Of a DNA stretch of 64,000 bases, positions 39,939-50,290 are shown in pieces. The stretch spans positions 1,987-65,986 of the forward strand of contig CALWJW010000001.1 of NCBI GenBank assembly GCA_944381095.1, read 5' to 3'. The notes under the pieces are model-generated. The model was not told where the DNA came from, searched no databases, and was given only the letters and a program-made list of their open reading frames with translations. Both the position numbers and the translations under genes were made by a program. The DNA is from an uncultured Clostridia bacterium. Lineage in GTDB: Bacteria > Bacillota > Clostridia > Oscillospirales > CAG-272. The first letter of the stretch is position 1; each line of letters starts with the position of its first letter.

Positions 39939-42200
39939 ATGAGCATTGTGACAGAGAACAAACAGATAAGCAGGTCAGACAAAAAAATTCGGGAGGCAGT
40001 GAAACTGATGAAATCAGTCTGGATAACCGCAAAGAACCGGAAACGGGAGAGTGGACTTTACCTGTTTACCGGGGAATATAATCTTAAAGAATGTGAAGTT
40101 TTAACATTGAACATAAGCGCTGACACAAGATACAAGCTTTATTTCAACGGCAGTTACATTTGTGAAGGACCCTGTCAGGGGGACCATTGGTTTTGGAGAT
40201 ACGAAACAGTAAAAATACCTCGGAAATACATATGCGACGGGATAAATCGCATTGAGGCATATGTCTACTACAACGGAGGAGATATATATCACACCCAGGC
40301 AAGGAAGGACAGTTGTGCCCTCATCGTTTTCGGAAGAGCGGAGAGCAAAGGAAAAGTAACTGAAATTAACACCGGTCTCGACTGGAAATGCCGTTTTCTT
40401 GACGGTTACAAATTCATACCGTCTCAGGGTGTCCATGTTTCAATGCCGCCGGTTCAGCTGATAACACCTGACAAGGCGACCGAATGTGAAGTTGCGGTAA
40501 AGAGCAGATGCCTGCTCGAAAACGACTGCGTTGACGATTACGGACTTTTTGATACGTACAGACTTAAAAAACGGGAAATAAAACTTTTTGCTCCCGGTGA
40601 GGCAGAAAAATTCAGATGCGTAAGACAAACGGAAAGCTCATCGGAGCTCGATGCCGGAAAATATACCACAGCATATCCGGAGTTCACTTTCAAAGGCAAA
40701 GAAGGCGGTCTGATAAGATTTACCTACGCGGAATGCTATTGCAATGAGAACGGAAGCAAGCTCGGACTTGACCGAAGCGGCACCGAAGGGGTTATAAGAG
40801 GCGTTTATGATGAGGTGGTTTTAACAGGCGAAGAGCAGAAATTCATACCGTATTTTTACAAAGCGTTCAGGTTCATAAAGGCCGAATATCCGGAGGGAAC
40901 GGTTTTTGAAGCGGATAACCAGATTTACAGACCGTATTTTTACCCGGTTGAAGGCAGTGGAAGTTACTGCTCAGACAGTGAGACGGAAAACAGGATGTGG
41001 GAAGTTTCCGTAAATACTTTGAAGTGCTGTACTCATGAAACATTTGTGGATTGCCCCTATTACGAGCAGTGCCAGTACGATATGGACACAACCCTTGAAG
41101 CAACCTTTATGATGAGACTGACAAACGACTATTCAATGCCGCGAAAGGCGGTATATGATCTCGCGCGCAGTCAGCAGCCTGACGGAATGCTTGCAGCGCA
41201 TTATCCCGCGTGGAGAATACAGGTCATTCCTACTTTTTCGCTTTTCTGGATACTCCTGCTGAGTGAGTATGTGATGAACTCAGGTGACACGGGTTGTCTT
41301 GGCGAGCTGTTGCCGTATGCCGAGAGGATACTCAGCGCATTCAGGATGCTGAAAAACGAAAAAGGTCTGGTAAAAGCGACGCCGTACTGGCATTACACGG
41401 ATTGGGTAGACGGCTGGAACGGGGGTGTTCCTCCCGAGGGAAGAAAGAAACCGCTTACAGTGACGTCCATGATGCTTGCTTATGCGCTGAAAAAGGCGGC
41501 GGAGCTGTGCGAAATCGCCGGTCGCGGTGCACTTGCAACAGAGTATGTGGCAGAATACAAAGAAACGGTCAAGGCAATTGAAGAAAATTGTTATGACGGT
41601 GAGATGCACTTTTATTCCGATACCCCCGGCGGACGGACATATTCCGAACACACGGCGGTATGGGCTGTACTGTCAGAATGTAAAACCGGGGAAGACGCAA
41701 AACAGTTGCTGATAAGAAGTTTTGAAGGTAATTACAGCAGAGCGTCGTTTTCATTCAGTTTCTATACGTTCAGGGCTCTGGAAAAAACGGGGCTGTATAC
41801 AAGGTACGCAGAAAGAATTTTTGACGGATGGCGAAAAATGCTGAATATGGGATGTACGACATGGGGTGAAAATCCCGGTAACCCCAGGAGTGAATGCCAT
41901 GCATGGAGCAGCGCTCCGATATATGAATATTCGGCAGTTTTTCTCGGTGTTAAGCCTACATTACCGGGTTATCGTAAGTTTGTCGTCAGACCGCAAATTG
42001 AAATGGCAGATAATGTCAGGGGAAGTGTGCCTACACCGTACGGAGAAATAGAGGTAAGTTTGCAAAAAATTGGCGGAGCGCTGAAATTCCGCGTACAAAA
42101 GCCTTTGGAGATTGAGGGACTGTTTGAAATATGCGGTCGGACGGCTGTCATACCGTCCGGTTCCGGAGAATTTGAAGCTGAGTTCAATTTAAGCAAATAA
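39939..42200 (+). CDS. six-hairpin glycoside hydrolase, alpha-L-rhamnosidase (GH78)-like
   Basis: 753 aa with an N-terminal beta-sandwich region, then HETFVDCPYYEQCQYDMDT and WGENP...ECHAWSSAP, typical of the rhamnosidase-like (alpha/alpha)6 family. The start is uncertain (39939, or MKSVWIT at 40008). Confidence 0.6.
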   Translation: MSIVTENKQISRSDKKIREAVKLMKSVWITAKNRKRESGLYLFTGEYNLKECEVLTLNISADTRYKLYFNGSYICEGPCQGDHWFWRYETVKIPRKYICDGINRIEAYVYYNGGDIYHTQARKDSCALIVFGRAESKGKVTEINTGLDWKCRFLDGYKFIPSQGVHVSMPPVQLITPDKATECEVAVKSRCLLENDCVDDYGLFDTYRLKKREIKLFAPGEAEKFRCVRQTESSSELDAGKYTTAYPEFTFKGKEGGLIRFTYAECYCNENGSKLGLDRSGTEGVIRGVYDEVVLTGEEQKFIPYFYKAFRFIKAEYPEGTVFEADNQIYRPYFYPVEGSGSYCSDSETENRMWEVSVNTLKCCTHETFVDCPYYEQCQYDMDTTLEATFMMRLTNDYSMPRKAVYDLARSQQPDGMLAAHYPAWRIQVIPTFSLFWILLLSEYVMNSGDTGCLGELLPYAERILSAFRMLKNEKGLVKATPYWHYTDWVDGWNGGVPPEGRKKPLTVTSMMLAYALKKAAELCEIAGRGALATEYVAEYKETVKAIEENCYDGEMHFYSDTPGGRTYSEHTAVWAVLSECKTGEDAKQLLIRSFEGNYSRASFSFSFYTFRALEKTGLYTRYAERIFDGWRKMLNMGCTTWGENPGNPRSECHAWSSAPIYEYSAVFLGVKPTLPGYRKFVVRPQIEMADNVRGSVPTPYGEIEVSLQKIGGALKFRVQKPLEIEGLFEICGRTAVIPSGSGEFEAEFNLSK

Positions 42201-42224
42201 GCCGGGAAGGCTGAAAGGAGAAAA

Positions 42225-42734
42225 ATGAGCGAAATATTTGCGGCGATCGGAGCCAACATCGGAGCATTGCATATCATACTGTTTGCCCTGGGTATCATCT
42301 GCATGGTCATAGAAATGTTTGAACCGGGAATAGGAATATTCGGAGCGGCAGGCTTGATCATAATGATAATAGACATATTTGTTCTCGCTGAAAACCTCGT
42401 GCAAGGCTTTGTTCTTTTTGCGATGCTTGCACTGCTGGTTACAGTGCTTTTTGTGCTGATGATGGTATTGACTTCCTACGGTATAATACCGAAAAAGCTG
42501 GTATTGACTGACTCTACTGACAACGGCAAAGGTTATACGGCAGTTTCGGAAACTGAACTTAAAGAAGGAGATAAAGGTACTGCCCTTACCCAGCTGAGAC
42601 CTGCGGGAAAGGCAAAATTCGGGGAAAAAACGGTCGATGTGGTGAGCGAAGGAGAATTCCTTGAAGTAGGAACAAAAATAGTCGTTATTTCGGTTGTCGG
42701 CAATAAAATTACCGTGAAACCGGATAGCGAGTGA
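42225..42734 (+). CDS. nfeD: NfeD family membrane protein
   Basis: 169 aa with 3-4 TM helices plus a C-terminal OB-fold-like tail (GKAKFGEKTVDVVSEGEFLEVGTKIVV). It sits directly upstream of floA. Confidence 0.8.
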   Translation: MSEIFAAIGANIGALHIILFALGIICMVIEMFEPGIGIFGAAGLIIMIIDIFVLAENLVQGFVLFAMLALLVTVLFVLMMVLTSYGIIPKKLVLTDSTDNGKGYTAVSETELKEGDKGTALTQLRPAGKAKFGEKTVDVVSEGEFLEVGTKIVVISVVGNKITVKPDSE

Positions 42735-42764
42735 ACAAGATTAGTTTTAGAAAGGAAGAAAAGT

Positions 42765-43784
42765 ATGTTTTTGAATTATCTGGCGCCTGAACTTCAAACA
42801 ATTATCCCTGTGGTAGTAGGAATATTTGCGGTATTTATACTGCTTGCTCTGTTTTTCAGTTTTATACCTATAAGGTTGTGGATAAGCGCACAGGCTTCAA
42901 ATGCGAAAGTCGGAATTTTCACATTGATAGGAATGAAGCTGAGGCGAGTAAAACCCGATCTCATAATCAACCCGCTTATACAGGCTACAAAAGCGGGAAT
43001 ACCGGTTTCAATATCAAAGCTCGAAGCACATTACCTTGCAGGTGGTAATGTCGACAAAGTCGTAAACGCTTTGGTCGCTGCGCAGAGAGCTGAAATACCG
43101 CTTAATTTTGAAAGAGCGGCGGCGATAGACCTTGCGGGAAGAAATGTGCTCGAAGCTGTGCAGATGAGCGTCAACCCCAAGATAATAGAGACGCCGACGG
43201 TTGCGGCAATAGCAAAAGACGGGATTGAACTGCGCGCAAAGGCGAGGGTTACGGTTCGTGCCAATATCGACCGGTTGGTAGGAGGTGCCGGTGAAGCAAC
43301 GATAATAGCAAGGGTAGGAGAAGGCGTTGTCACTACGATAGGCTCGTCAGAGTCACACAAAGAGGTGCTTGAAAATCCCGACCGGATATCAAAGACAGTA
43401 CTGAGTAAGGGACTTGAATCCGGAACTGCGTTTGAAATACTGTCGATAGACATTGCCGACGTGGACGTGGGACGCAATGTCGGAGCACAGCTTCAAACCG
43501 AACAGGCTGAGGCTGACAAGAGGATAGCACAGGCAAAAGCAGAGGAAAGAAAAGCTATGGCAATGGCTGCCGAACAGGAAATGAAAGCAAAAGTCCAAGA
43601 AATGAGAGCGAAGGTCGTGGAAGCAGAGGCGGAACTTCCGAAAGCGATGGCAGAAGCGCTCAGAGAAGGAAACATGGGAGTAATGGATTACTATAATATG
43701 CTCAACGTCCAGGCAGACACCGAGATGAGAAAATCAATAAGTCAGACAGAGGAAAAGCCAAAGCCGATAAACGGCGATAAGTAA
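42765..43784 (+). CDS. floA: flotillin-like protein FloA (YqfA/UPF0365, SPFH domain)
   Basis: 339 aa with [48 protein letters not shown] and an Ala/Glu-rich coiled tail. Confidence 0.9.
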   Translation: MFLNYLAPELQTIIPVVVGIFAVFILLALFFSFIPIRLWISAQASNAKVGIFTLIGMKLRRVKPDLIINPLIQATKAGIPVSISKLEAHYLAGGNVDKVVNALVAAQRAEIPLNFERAAAIDLAGRNVLEAVQMSVNPKIIETPTVAAIAKDGIELRAKARVTVRANIDRLVGGAGEATIIARVGEGVVTTIGSSESHKEVLENPDRISKTVLSKGLESGTAFEILSIDIADVDVGRNVGAQLQTEQAEADKRIAQAKAEERKAMAMAAEQEMKAKVQEMRAKVVEAEAELPKAMAEALREGNMGVMDYYNMLNVQADTEMRKSISQTEEKPKPINGDK

Positions 43785-43789
43785 GGCAG

Positions 43790-44089
43790 GTGACTGCATT
43801 GGAAAGCAACAGATATGAATACAGCGGTAACGGGATTTATCCTAAAATGGTGTCAGAAACCGATAAAACGATCGAGCAGGACGGTCACGCTCAGAAAGAA
43901 ATGCCTCGGAAAGCCGAATACCGTTACGTAAGAGTCAAAAATGAAAGCAGGACCGACAGTCGGGAAGAGGCTCCGGGCGAACCTGATAATGCTGTTGAAA
44001 TTTTTTCACGTCAAGAGCTTAGGAAGGCAGTGATAATGAGCACCGTTATCGGTCCGGCAAGATTCAGAACCGGAAGAAAATACCGCTGA
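43790..44089 (+). CDS. hypothetical small protein in the yqfB position
   Basis: 99-aa ORF with a GTG start 3 nt after TAAGG, 5 nt after the floA stop. It has no recognisable motif. Position is the only support. Confidence 0.4.
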   Translation: MTALESNRYEYSGNGIYPKMVSETDKTIEQDGHAQKEMPRKAEYRYVRVKNESRTDSREEAPGEPDNAVEIFSRQELRKAVIMSTVIGPARFRTGRKYR

Positions 44090-44255
44090 GCGAAAAATGT
44101 AAGAAAAAATGCACAAAAAATCATATGAAGACTTGTTGAAAGAGTAAAACTCAACAAATGGGATTCAATTTTCATATTTTATTAACACAAAACGACACGG
44201 TATGTGTTATGATATTTTACAGATAAAAATTGCCTTAGGAGGGGAATTAACAAAA

Positions 44256-45815
44256 ATGAAGAAGAAAAGGAGTATACTTGCGCTTCTGCTTGTGTTTTCG
44301 CTGGTGTTAGCGTCTGTGGCGCTGAGCGGATGTAAACCGGACGATGACGATGTTGACGAAGATTATGTAGTTCCGGAAGAGGATCTTTCGCCGGCTTTCG
44401 CAAACGAAGCTCTCAGATTCAGCGGATCGTTTACGGTTATGACTGAGCTTGACAGATCTGAAGGACAGGCATGGAATATTGTTGATCTTGTAGAGGAAAA
44501 CAATCTCGGAGATTCTGCTATAAAGGAGGCCGTGGCGACCAGAAATAACCTGATAAGAAGGAATTTCGGTGTGAAGATCGCCAGGGCAACATCTCAGAAT
44601 ATCGGAGAGGATTCGCTTCAAGCGGTTAATTCAGGAGACGATTCATATGATGCCTTTATGCTTTCAATAACCAACGGACTTAATCTTGCCTGTGGCGGAG
44701 GTCTTCTTGATTTTTCTATGTGTGACTACATAGATCTGAATCAGGATTGGTGGGATCAGGGTATAACCGAGAGTCTGCTGTTGGCGGGCGGTGCTTACAT
44801 AGCGGTCGGTGACCTGCTCACCGTTGATAAAGACGGTACCTGGTGTGTTCTCTTCAACAAGGATAATCTTTCTGAAATGAATCGCGGTCTCACTGACACA
44901 AAACTTTATCAGATGGTCAAGGACGGAATAGGTCAAGCCGGAGGATGGACTCTTGAATATCTGATGACACAGGCACAGGCACACAGCACAACTGAATTTG
45001 ATTCAAATAAAAATATCTGGGCAACCGATTATCAGGGATCCGGTAAATACGGAATATTTACACAGAAAGAGGTAGCAACAGTATTTTTGCAGTCGGCAGG
45101 TTATACGCCGACGGTTGTCGATAACAGTCTTGCCGGTGTGAAGGCAAACATGGATTCAAATGCGTTCGGTGACGCAGTGGATATGGTTTGGCAGAATTTC
45201 GGACAAAGGACAAATACTGAGTGGTTCCTTGACCTTGACACTGTCGTCGGAAATGACCCGGTAGACGGATGGCAAAATATAGCGCGCGGCGGATTCATGG
45301 CAAATAAAGCCACGTTCTTTATCTGCCACGTCGGAACTATAAATCTGATAAGAGACATGAAATCGGATTTCGGAATTTTACCGATACCGAAATTGTTCGA
45401 GTCTCAGACGGAGTACGGAAACACAATACAGTACGGAAACGGACACTGTTATGTTGTGCCGGACAGAGCCGGTGATTCTCTTGACGAAAAATCAACATAT
45501 ATACTCGAAGCTATGGCTTACTATTCAAGTCAGGAATACGGCGGTGAGACCAGCCTCAACTATGCTTACTACGATATAGTTCTCCGCGGAAAAGCATCCA
45601 GAGATGACGACTCATGGGAAATGCTTGACCTTATATTCGACACGCGTGTATATGACTTTGCGTGCGCTCTTGATATCAAGAATGTTAACAACGTTATCAG
45701 AGAATCGGTGTGCGAACTTGATTATAGGTGGAGTTCAAAAAGAGATTCTTTTCTCGACGGTTTTGATGATGCAATAGCCGAAGCATTGAAAGGACTTACA
45801 AACCCTGATACTTAA
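44256..45815 (+). CDS. extracellular solute-binding lipoprotein (ABC SBP family 1-like), orphan
   Basis: This is ORF 44202..45815 with the start moved to MKKKRSILALLLVFSLVLASVALSGC (lipobox). It is a large (~520 aa) sugar-SBP-like protein. No permease or ATPase genes are adjacent. Confidence 0.7.
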   Translation: MKKKRSILALLLVFSLVLASVALSGCKPDDDDVDEDYVVPEEDLSPAFANEALRFSGSFTVMTELDRSEGQAWNIVDLVEENNLGDSAIKEAVATRNNLIRRNFGVKIARATSQNIGEDSLQAVNSGDDSYDAFMLSITNGLNLACGGGLLDFSMCDYIDLNQDWWDQGITESLLLAGGAYIAVGDLLTVDKDGTWCVLFNKDNLSEMNRGLTDTKLYQMVKDGIGQAGGWTLEYLMTQAQAHSTTEFDSNKNIWATDYQGSGKYGIFTQKEVATVFLQSAGYTPTVVDNSLAGVKANMDSNAFGDAVDMVWQNFGQRTNTEWFLDLDTVVGNDPVDGWQNIARGGFMANKATFFICHVGTINLIRDMKSDFGILPIPKLFESQTEYGNTIQYGNGHCYVVPDRAGDSLDEKSTYILEAMAYYSSQEYGGETSLNYAYYDIVLRGKASRDDDSWEMLDLIFDTRVYDFACALDIKNVNNVIRESVCELDYRWSSKRDSFLDGFDDAIAEALKGLTNPDT

Positions 45816-45822
45816 ATTTAAC

Positions 45823-45853
45823 AAAAAAAGCTACCCGATGGGTAGCTTTTTTT
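45823..45853 (+). terminator. intrinsic terminator
   Basis: AAAAAAAGCTACCC-gat-GGGTAGCTTTTTTT. Confidence 0.85.
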
Positions 45854-46175
45854 GTTGGAGCAATATTTTACTTATTGCTTTCAAAAAAATAACAAATCGA
45901 TACTGCCGGTTAACAAACTATCTTCCAAAAATGCGGTTTTTAAGCTTAAAATGCAAAAAAATGCAGTTTTTTTCACATTTTTTAAAAAAATCGAGAAAAA
46001 AGCGTCGAGTTTTTGCCTGCAAGAACAAAATGTTAACAAAATTACAAAATACAGTTAATAATAATAAAGTATAATATGTAATAAAATATAGGCTGTACGG
46101 AGCGAAATTTAACAGAATCAGGTAAGCGGGAACTTTGGATTTCCAATCAATTATAAAAAAAGTTGTGAGGTGCTT

Positions 46176-47891
46176 ATGGAAGTATATTACGAATGGCTGA
46201 AACAAAAACTTGACGACGATGACCTGACAAAAGAATTGAAAGAAATAGAAGGAAAGGAAGACGAAATATTTGAAAGATTCCGTTGCGACCTTGAATTCGG
46301 TACCGGAGGACTGAGAGGAATACTCGGAGCCGGAACCAACAGAATGAATATATACACAGTCGGAAGGGCTACACAAGGGCTGGCGAACAGTCTGAAAAGC
46401 GAAAACAAGGGAAAGAATAAGGAACTCTCAGTAGCAATTGCTTACGACAGCAGAAACAAAGGCAGATTGTTTGCTGAAAGATGCGCGTCAATATTAGCGG
46501 CTAACGGGATCAAAGTATATCTCTATTCTGAACTTGCCCCAACTCCGGCTCTTTCTTTTGCTGTGAGATATTATAAATGTGACGCCGGAATATGTGTAAC
46601 GGCCAGTCATAATCCGGCTGAGTATAACGGATATAAGGTGTATGGCGATGACGGATGTCAGCTTGGTCCGGCGCTTGCCGACGTGATTCTTTCGGAAATA
46701 GGAAAAACAGATATCTTTACCGGTGTGAAATTAACAGATTATAATTCGGCGGTAGAGTCCGGAAAGATAGTACTTGTCAACGATGAAGTTTACACAGCAT
46801 TCATAGAGGCGGTCAAAAATCAGAGCTTGCTGACTGACGAGCTTAGAAATGGCGACAAATTGAAAATAGTTTACACGCCCCTGAACGGTACCGGAAGAAG
46901 GGGTGTTACAACTGTGCTCGGGGAAGAGAGCAGTTACAGACTGATCGTAGTAAAAGAGCAGGAACTGCCGGACGGAAATTTCCCGACTTGTCCTTACCCT
47001 AACCCCGAGAATCCCGATGCAATAAAACTTGCGCTGAAATATTGTGAGGATTATGATGCGGACATAATGATAGCGACCGACCCTGATTGTGACAGGTGCA
47101 GAGCTGCATCGAAATACTGTGGAGGCTATAAGGCACTTTCCGGCAACGAACTCGGAATACTGCTTATGGATTACTTGTCAAAAAGGAAAACGGAGCTCGG
47201 AAAAATGCCCGGAAAACCTGTTGCCGTGACTACGATAGTATCAACGGCAATGGTCGATAAGATTGCGGAAGAGTACGGAATAGAAATGAGAAGAGTACTG
47301 ACCGGATTCAAATATATAGGTGAACAGATCGGTCTTCTTGAAGCAGAAGGACGAGCCGATGATTATATTTTCGGATTTGAGGAGAGCTGCGGATATCTTT
47401 CCGGAAGTTATGTCAGAGATAAAGACGGAGTGAATGCGGCGATGCTGACAGCCGAAATGGCGCTTTATTATAAAAGGCAAGGACTTACGCTTGCTGAGGT
47501 ATTTGACCGCTTATGTGAAAAATACGGCTACTATAAAGAAGGACTGATCAATTACGCATTTGAAGGCGCAGAAGGCGTTGAAAAGATGAAAGCTATTATT
47601 GACGGTCTGAGAAATGATCCGCCGCAACTACTTTCCGGTGAAAAAGTCGTAAAAGTTAAAGATTACCACAAGGATGGACTGCGCGAGGGAGAGTACAACA
47701 GCAATACGGGATTGCCTGATTCCAATGTACTTGAATTTGTCACCGCCAACAAGTGCAAGGTGATAGTCAGACCGTCAGGAACCGAACCGAAAATGAAGGC
47801 ATATATTTCGACTGTCGGAAAAAGTGCAAAGGAAGCACAGAGCTTGCTTGAAAAACTCAGAAAAGATCCGGTACTTGATTTTAAGAAATGA
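46176..47891 (+). CDS. alpha-phosphohexomutase (phosphoglucomutase/phosphomannomutase, PgcA-like)
   Basis: ~571 aa with the active-site loop TASHNPAEYNGYKVY, the metal site ATDPDCDR, and GFEESCGY. ATG 46176 lies 5 nt after GAGG. Confidence 0.85.
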   Translation: MEVYYEWLKQKLDDDDLTKELKEIEGKEDEIFERFRCDLEFGTGGLRGILGAGTNRMNIYTVGRATQGLANSLKSENKGKNKELSVAIAYDSRNKGRLFAERCASILAANGIKVYLYSELAPTPALSFAVRYYKCDAGICVTASHNPAEYNGYKVYGDDGCQLGPALADVILSEIGKTDIFTGVKLTDYNSAVESGKIVLVNDEVYTAFIEAVKNQSLLTDELRNGDKLKIVYTPLNGTGRRGVTTVLGEESSYRLIVVKEQELPDGNFPTCPYPNPENPDAIKLALKYCEDYDADIMIATDPDCDRCRAASKYCGGYKALSGNELGILLMDYLSKRKTELGKMPGKPVAVTTIVSTAMVDKIAEEYGIEMRRVLTGFKYIGEQIGLLEAEGRADDYIFGFEESCGYLSGSYVRDKDGVNAAMLTAEMALYYKRQGLTLAEVFDRLCEKYGYYKEGLINYAFEGAEGVEKMKAIIDGLRNDPPQLLSGEKVVKVKDYHKDGLREGEYNSNTGLPDSNVLEFVTANKCKVIVRPSGTEPKMKAYISTVGKSAKEAQSLLEKLRKDPVLDFKK

Positions 47892-47920
47892 GACAAACCT
47901 GAAAGGAATTTAATCCGAAT

Positions 47921-48997
47921 ATGGAAAGAGTAGCGGTAATAATGGCAGGAGGCCGCGGGGAAAGACTGTGGCCAAAAAGCCGCAAAGACTGTCCGAAGCA
48001 GTTTCTGTCCGTAGGAAGAGACAATAAATCATTGATAGTGCAGACCGTCGAAAGGATGCAGAAGCTAACGGATCTGAGGAGAATTTTCATAGTTACCGGA
48101 AAGGACTATTATGAACTTACAAGGAGTCAGCTTCCGGAGCTTCCCGCGGAAAACATTATTTGTGAACCGATGGGAAAGAATACCACCGCATGTATCGGCT
48201 ATGCATGTGAAATAATAAAGAAGAGAATAGGTGATGCCGTGATGATGGTGGTGCCGTCTGATCATCTTATCAGACGGATAAAGGCATTTACATCAGATCT
48301 CAGAAAATGCTGTACATTGGCGGAGAGACACAATACCATCGTTACAGTCGGAATAACGCCGACAAAGCCTGAAACCGGATTTGGTTATATTAAAATTCAC
48401 AGGGAAAAACCAATAGAAAACACTACTTTGTCGTGGAAAATGGCAAAATTTGTCGAAAAGCCGGATTTGAAAACAGCGACGAGGTATGCGTCATCCGGAA
48501 AATATTTTTGGAATGCCGGTATGTTCGTTTTCCCGGTATCATACATGTTGCGCTGTATCAAGAGGTTTTGCCCGCATAATTCACAGTGCCTGACTACAAT
48601 AGGAAAGAGCATAGGCAAAAAAAATGAAGAACTGATAACATATCAGAATTTCGAAAAAATGGAATCGATTTCAATAGACTACGCCGTAATGGAGCATGTG
48701 CGCGGCAGCATAACAGTCCAGTCTACATTCGAATGGAATGACGTAGGTACGTGGGCGGCAATTTCCGAGATACAGAAACCGGACAGCAACGGCAATTTCG
48801 TTAACGGGGCGGCTGTATCCTTTGAGAGCAGCGGCAATATAGTTGAAATTCCGGAGGATAGACTCATAGCGCTGCTTGGCGTGAAGGATCTGGTGATAGT
48901 TGAATCAGGAAACGCGATACTGGTATGCCACAGGGATTACGCACAAAGAATAAAGGAAGCGACACGTCAGATATCAGACAGTCCGGAATATTTATGA
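47921..48997 (+). CDS. manC: mannose-1-phosphate guanylyltransferase (no PMI/cupin domain)
   Basis: 358 aa with VIMAGGRGERLWPKSRKDCPKQFL and VPSDHLI, plus FVEKPD...YFWNAGMFVF. Confidence 0.85.
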   Translation: MERVAVIMAGGRGERLWPKSRKDCPKQFLSVGRDNKSLIVQTVERMQKLTDLRRIFIVTGKDYYELTRSQLPELPAENIICEPMGKNTTACIGYACEIIKKRIGDAVMMVVPSDHLIRRIKAFTSDLRKCCTLAERHNTIVTVGITPTKPETGFGYIKIHREKPIENTTLSWKMAKFVEKPDLKTATRYASSGKYFWNAGMFVFPVSYMLRCIKRFCPHNSQCLTTIGKSIGKKNEELITYQNFEKMESISIDYAVMEHVRGSITVQSTFEWNDVGTWAAISEIQKPDSNGNFVNGAAVSFESSGNIVEIPEDRLIALLGVKDLVIVESGNAILVCHRDYAQRIKEATRQISDSPEYL

Positions 48998-50166
48998 AAA
49001 TAAGATTCGAGGCAACGCCAATAGCGTCAGAACAGCTGACGGGAATAGGAATACACGAAAAAGAACTTTGTACGGCAATGATAAAATCGGCTCCGGAAAA
49101 CGAGTATGAGTTCACCTATTTTTCTGCCAGAGACAGGAAAACCAAGCAGAAAATAATGAAAACATATGAAAGCGACAACGTAAGGATAAGGGAGTTGTCT
49201 TTCATGACGTCCGGCTTTTACCGGATAATTCAGTGTTTTCTCCCTATCCCCTACAAGTGGTTTTTCCGCGGAAAACCTGATGTTACGCATTTTTTTAATT
49301 TTCTCATCCCCCCCGGAGTCAAAGGTAAGGCTGTGGTGACAGTTCACGACCTTGCCTTTGTAAGATATCCGGAAACCGTTTTGTTAAAGACACGCAAGTT
49401 ACTTTCGCTCAGGCTGAAAAGCACTCTGAAAAGGGCAGACCACATATTTGTGGCGTCAGAGTTTACCGGAGAAGAACTGAACGAAGTATACGGGGTTCCA
49501 AAAGAAAAAATGACGGTGGTGTACGCCGGTGTAGACAGAGACCTGTTCAGACCGAGAGAAGAAAGCGAATGCGCCGATGTCCTCAGAAAATACGGTGTCA
49601 AATACAAAAGTTATTTTTTCTACCTCGGAACCATAGAGCCGAGAAAAAATCTGAAAAGACTGGTAAATGCATATGCCGCTGCCTGTGAAAGGCTGAAAAG
49701 CGAGGGAAAAGATATACCGCCGCTGGTGCTTGCGGGAAAACTCGGATGGTATTATGAGGAAATAGAGAAAGCCATAAAATCAACCGGGAACTCTGCCGGC
49801 ATAATAACACCGGGTTATCTCAGCGACAAGGAAAAGGCAGTTTTGTATTCCGGAGCCAAAGCGTTTCTTTTTCCGTCACTTTATGAGGGATTCGGAATAC
49901 CTGTGCTTGAAGCAATGTCAAGCGGGGTAGCCGTACTTACATCTAATATTTCATCTCTGCCTGAGGTGGCAGGGGACTGTGCGGTACTTTGCAACCCTGA
50001 ATCAGAAAGTGAAATATCGGACGGTATTTACAAACTGAGTGTTGACGGAAGGCTGTGTGAAGAACTTTCAGAAAAGGGTTACAGGCGTTCAGATAATTTT
50101 TCGTGGGAAAAAAGCGCCGAAGTTATGCTCGGCGAATACCGGAAACTGACAGAAGGTATTAGATGA
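48994..50166 (+). CDS. glycosyltransferase family 4
   Basis: This is ORF 48925..50166 with the start moved to ATG 48994, which overlaps the manC stop (ATGA). It is GT-B, with FPSLYEGFGIPVLEAMSSGVAVL. Confidence 0.8.
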   Translation: MKIRFEATPIASEQLTGIGIHEKELCTAMIKSAPENEYEFTYFSARDRKTKQKIMKTYESDNVRIRELSFMTSGFYRIIQCFLPIPYKWFFRGKPDVTHFFNFLIPPGVKGKAVVTVHDLAFVRYPETVLLKTRKLLSLRLKSTLKRADHIFVASEFTGEELNEVYGVPKEKMTVVYAGVDRDLFRPREESECADVLRKYGVKYKSYFFYLGTIEPRKNLKRLVNAYAAACERLKSEGKDIPPLVLAGKLGWYYEEIEKAIKSTGNSAGIITPGYLSDKEKAVLYSGAKAFLFPSLYEGFGIPVLEAMSSGVAVLTSNISSLPEVAGDCAVLCNPESESEISDGIYKLSVDGRLCEELSEKGYRRSDNFSWEKSAEVMLGEYRKLTEGIR

Positions 50167-50290
50167 CATTACTACGCCTTTAATGAGTTACAGAGACCGG
50201 TTCGTAACCGACTTGACGGAAGAATGAAGTCGGCGTTTTTTGCCGTAAAGGGCAGTTATTTTAATTAAAAATGATCGAGGATTTCTCGTT

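Noticed and set aside
45838-46376. ORFs 45838..46074, 45852..46058 and 45918..46376 in the AT-rich island.
   Set aside because: They are Lys/Phe/Asn-rich translations of A/T runs, they mutually overlap, and one begins inside the terminator. This looks like a composition artefact.
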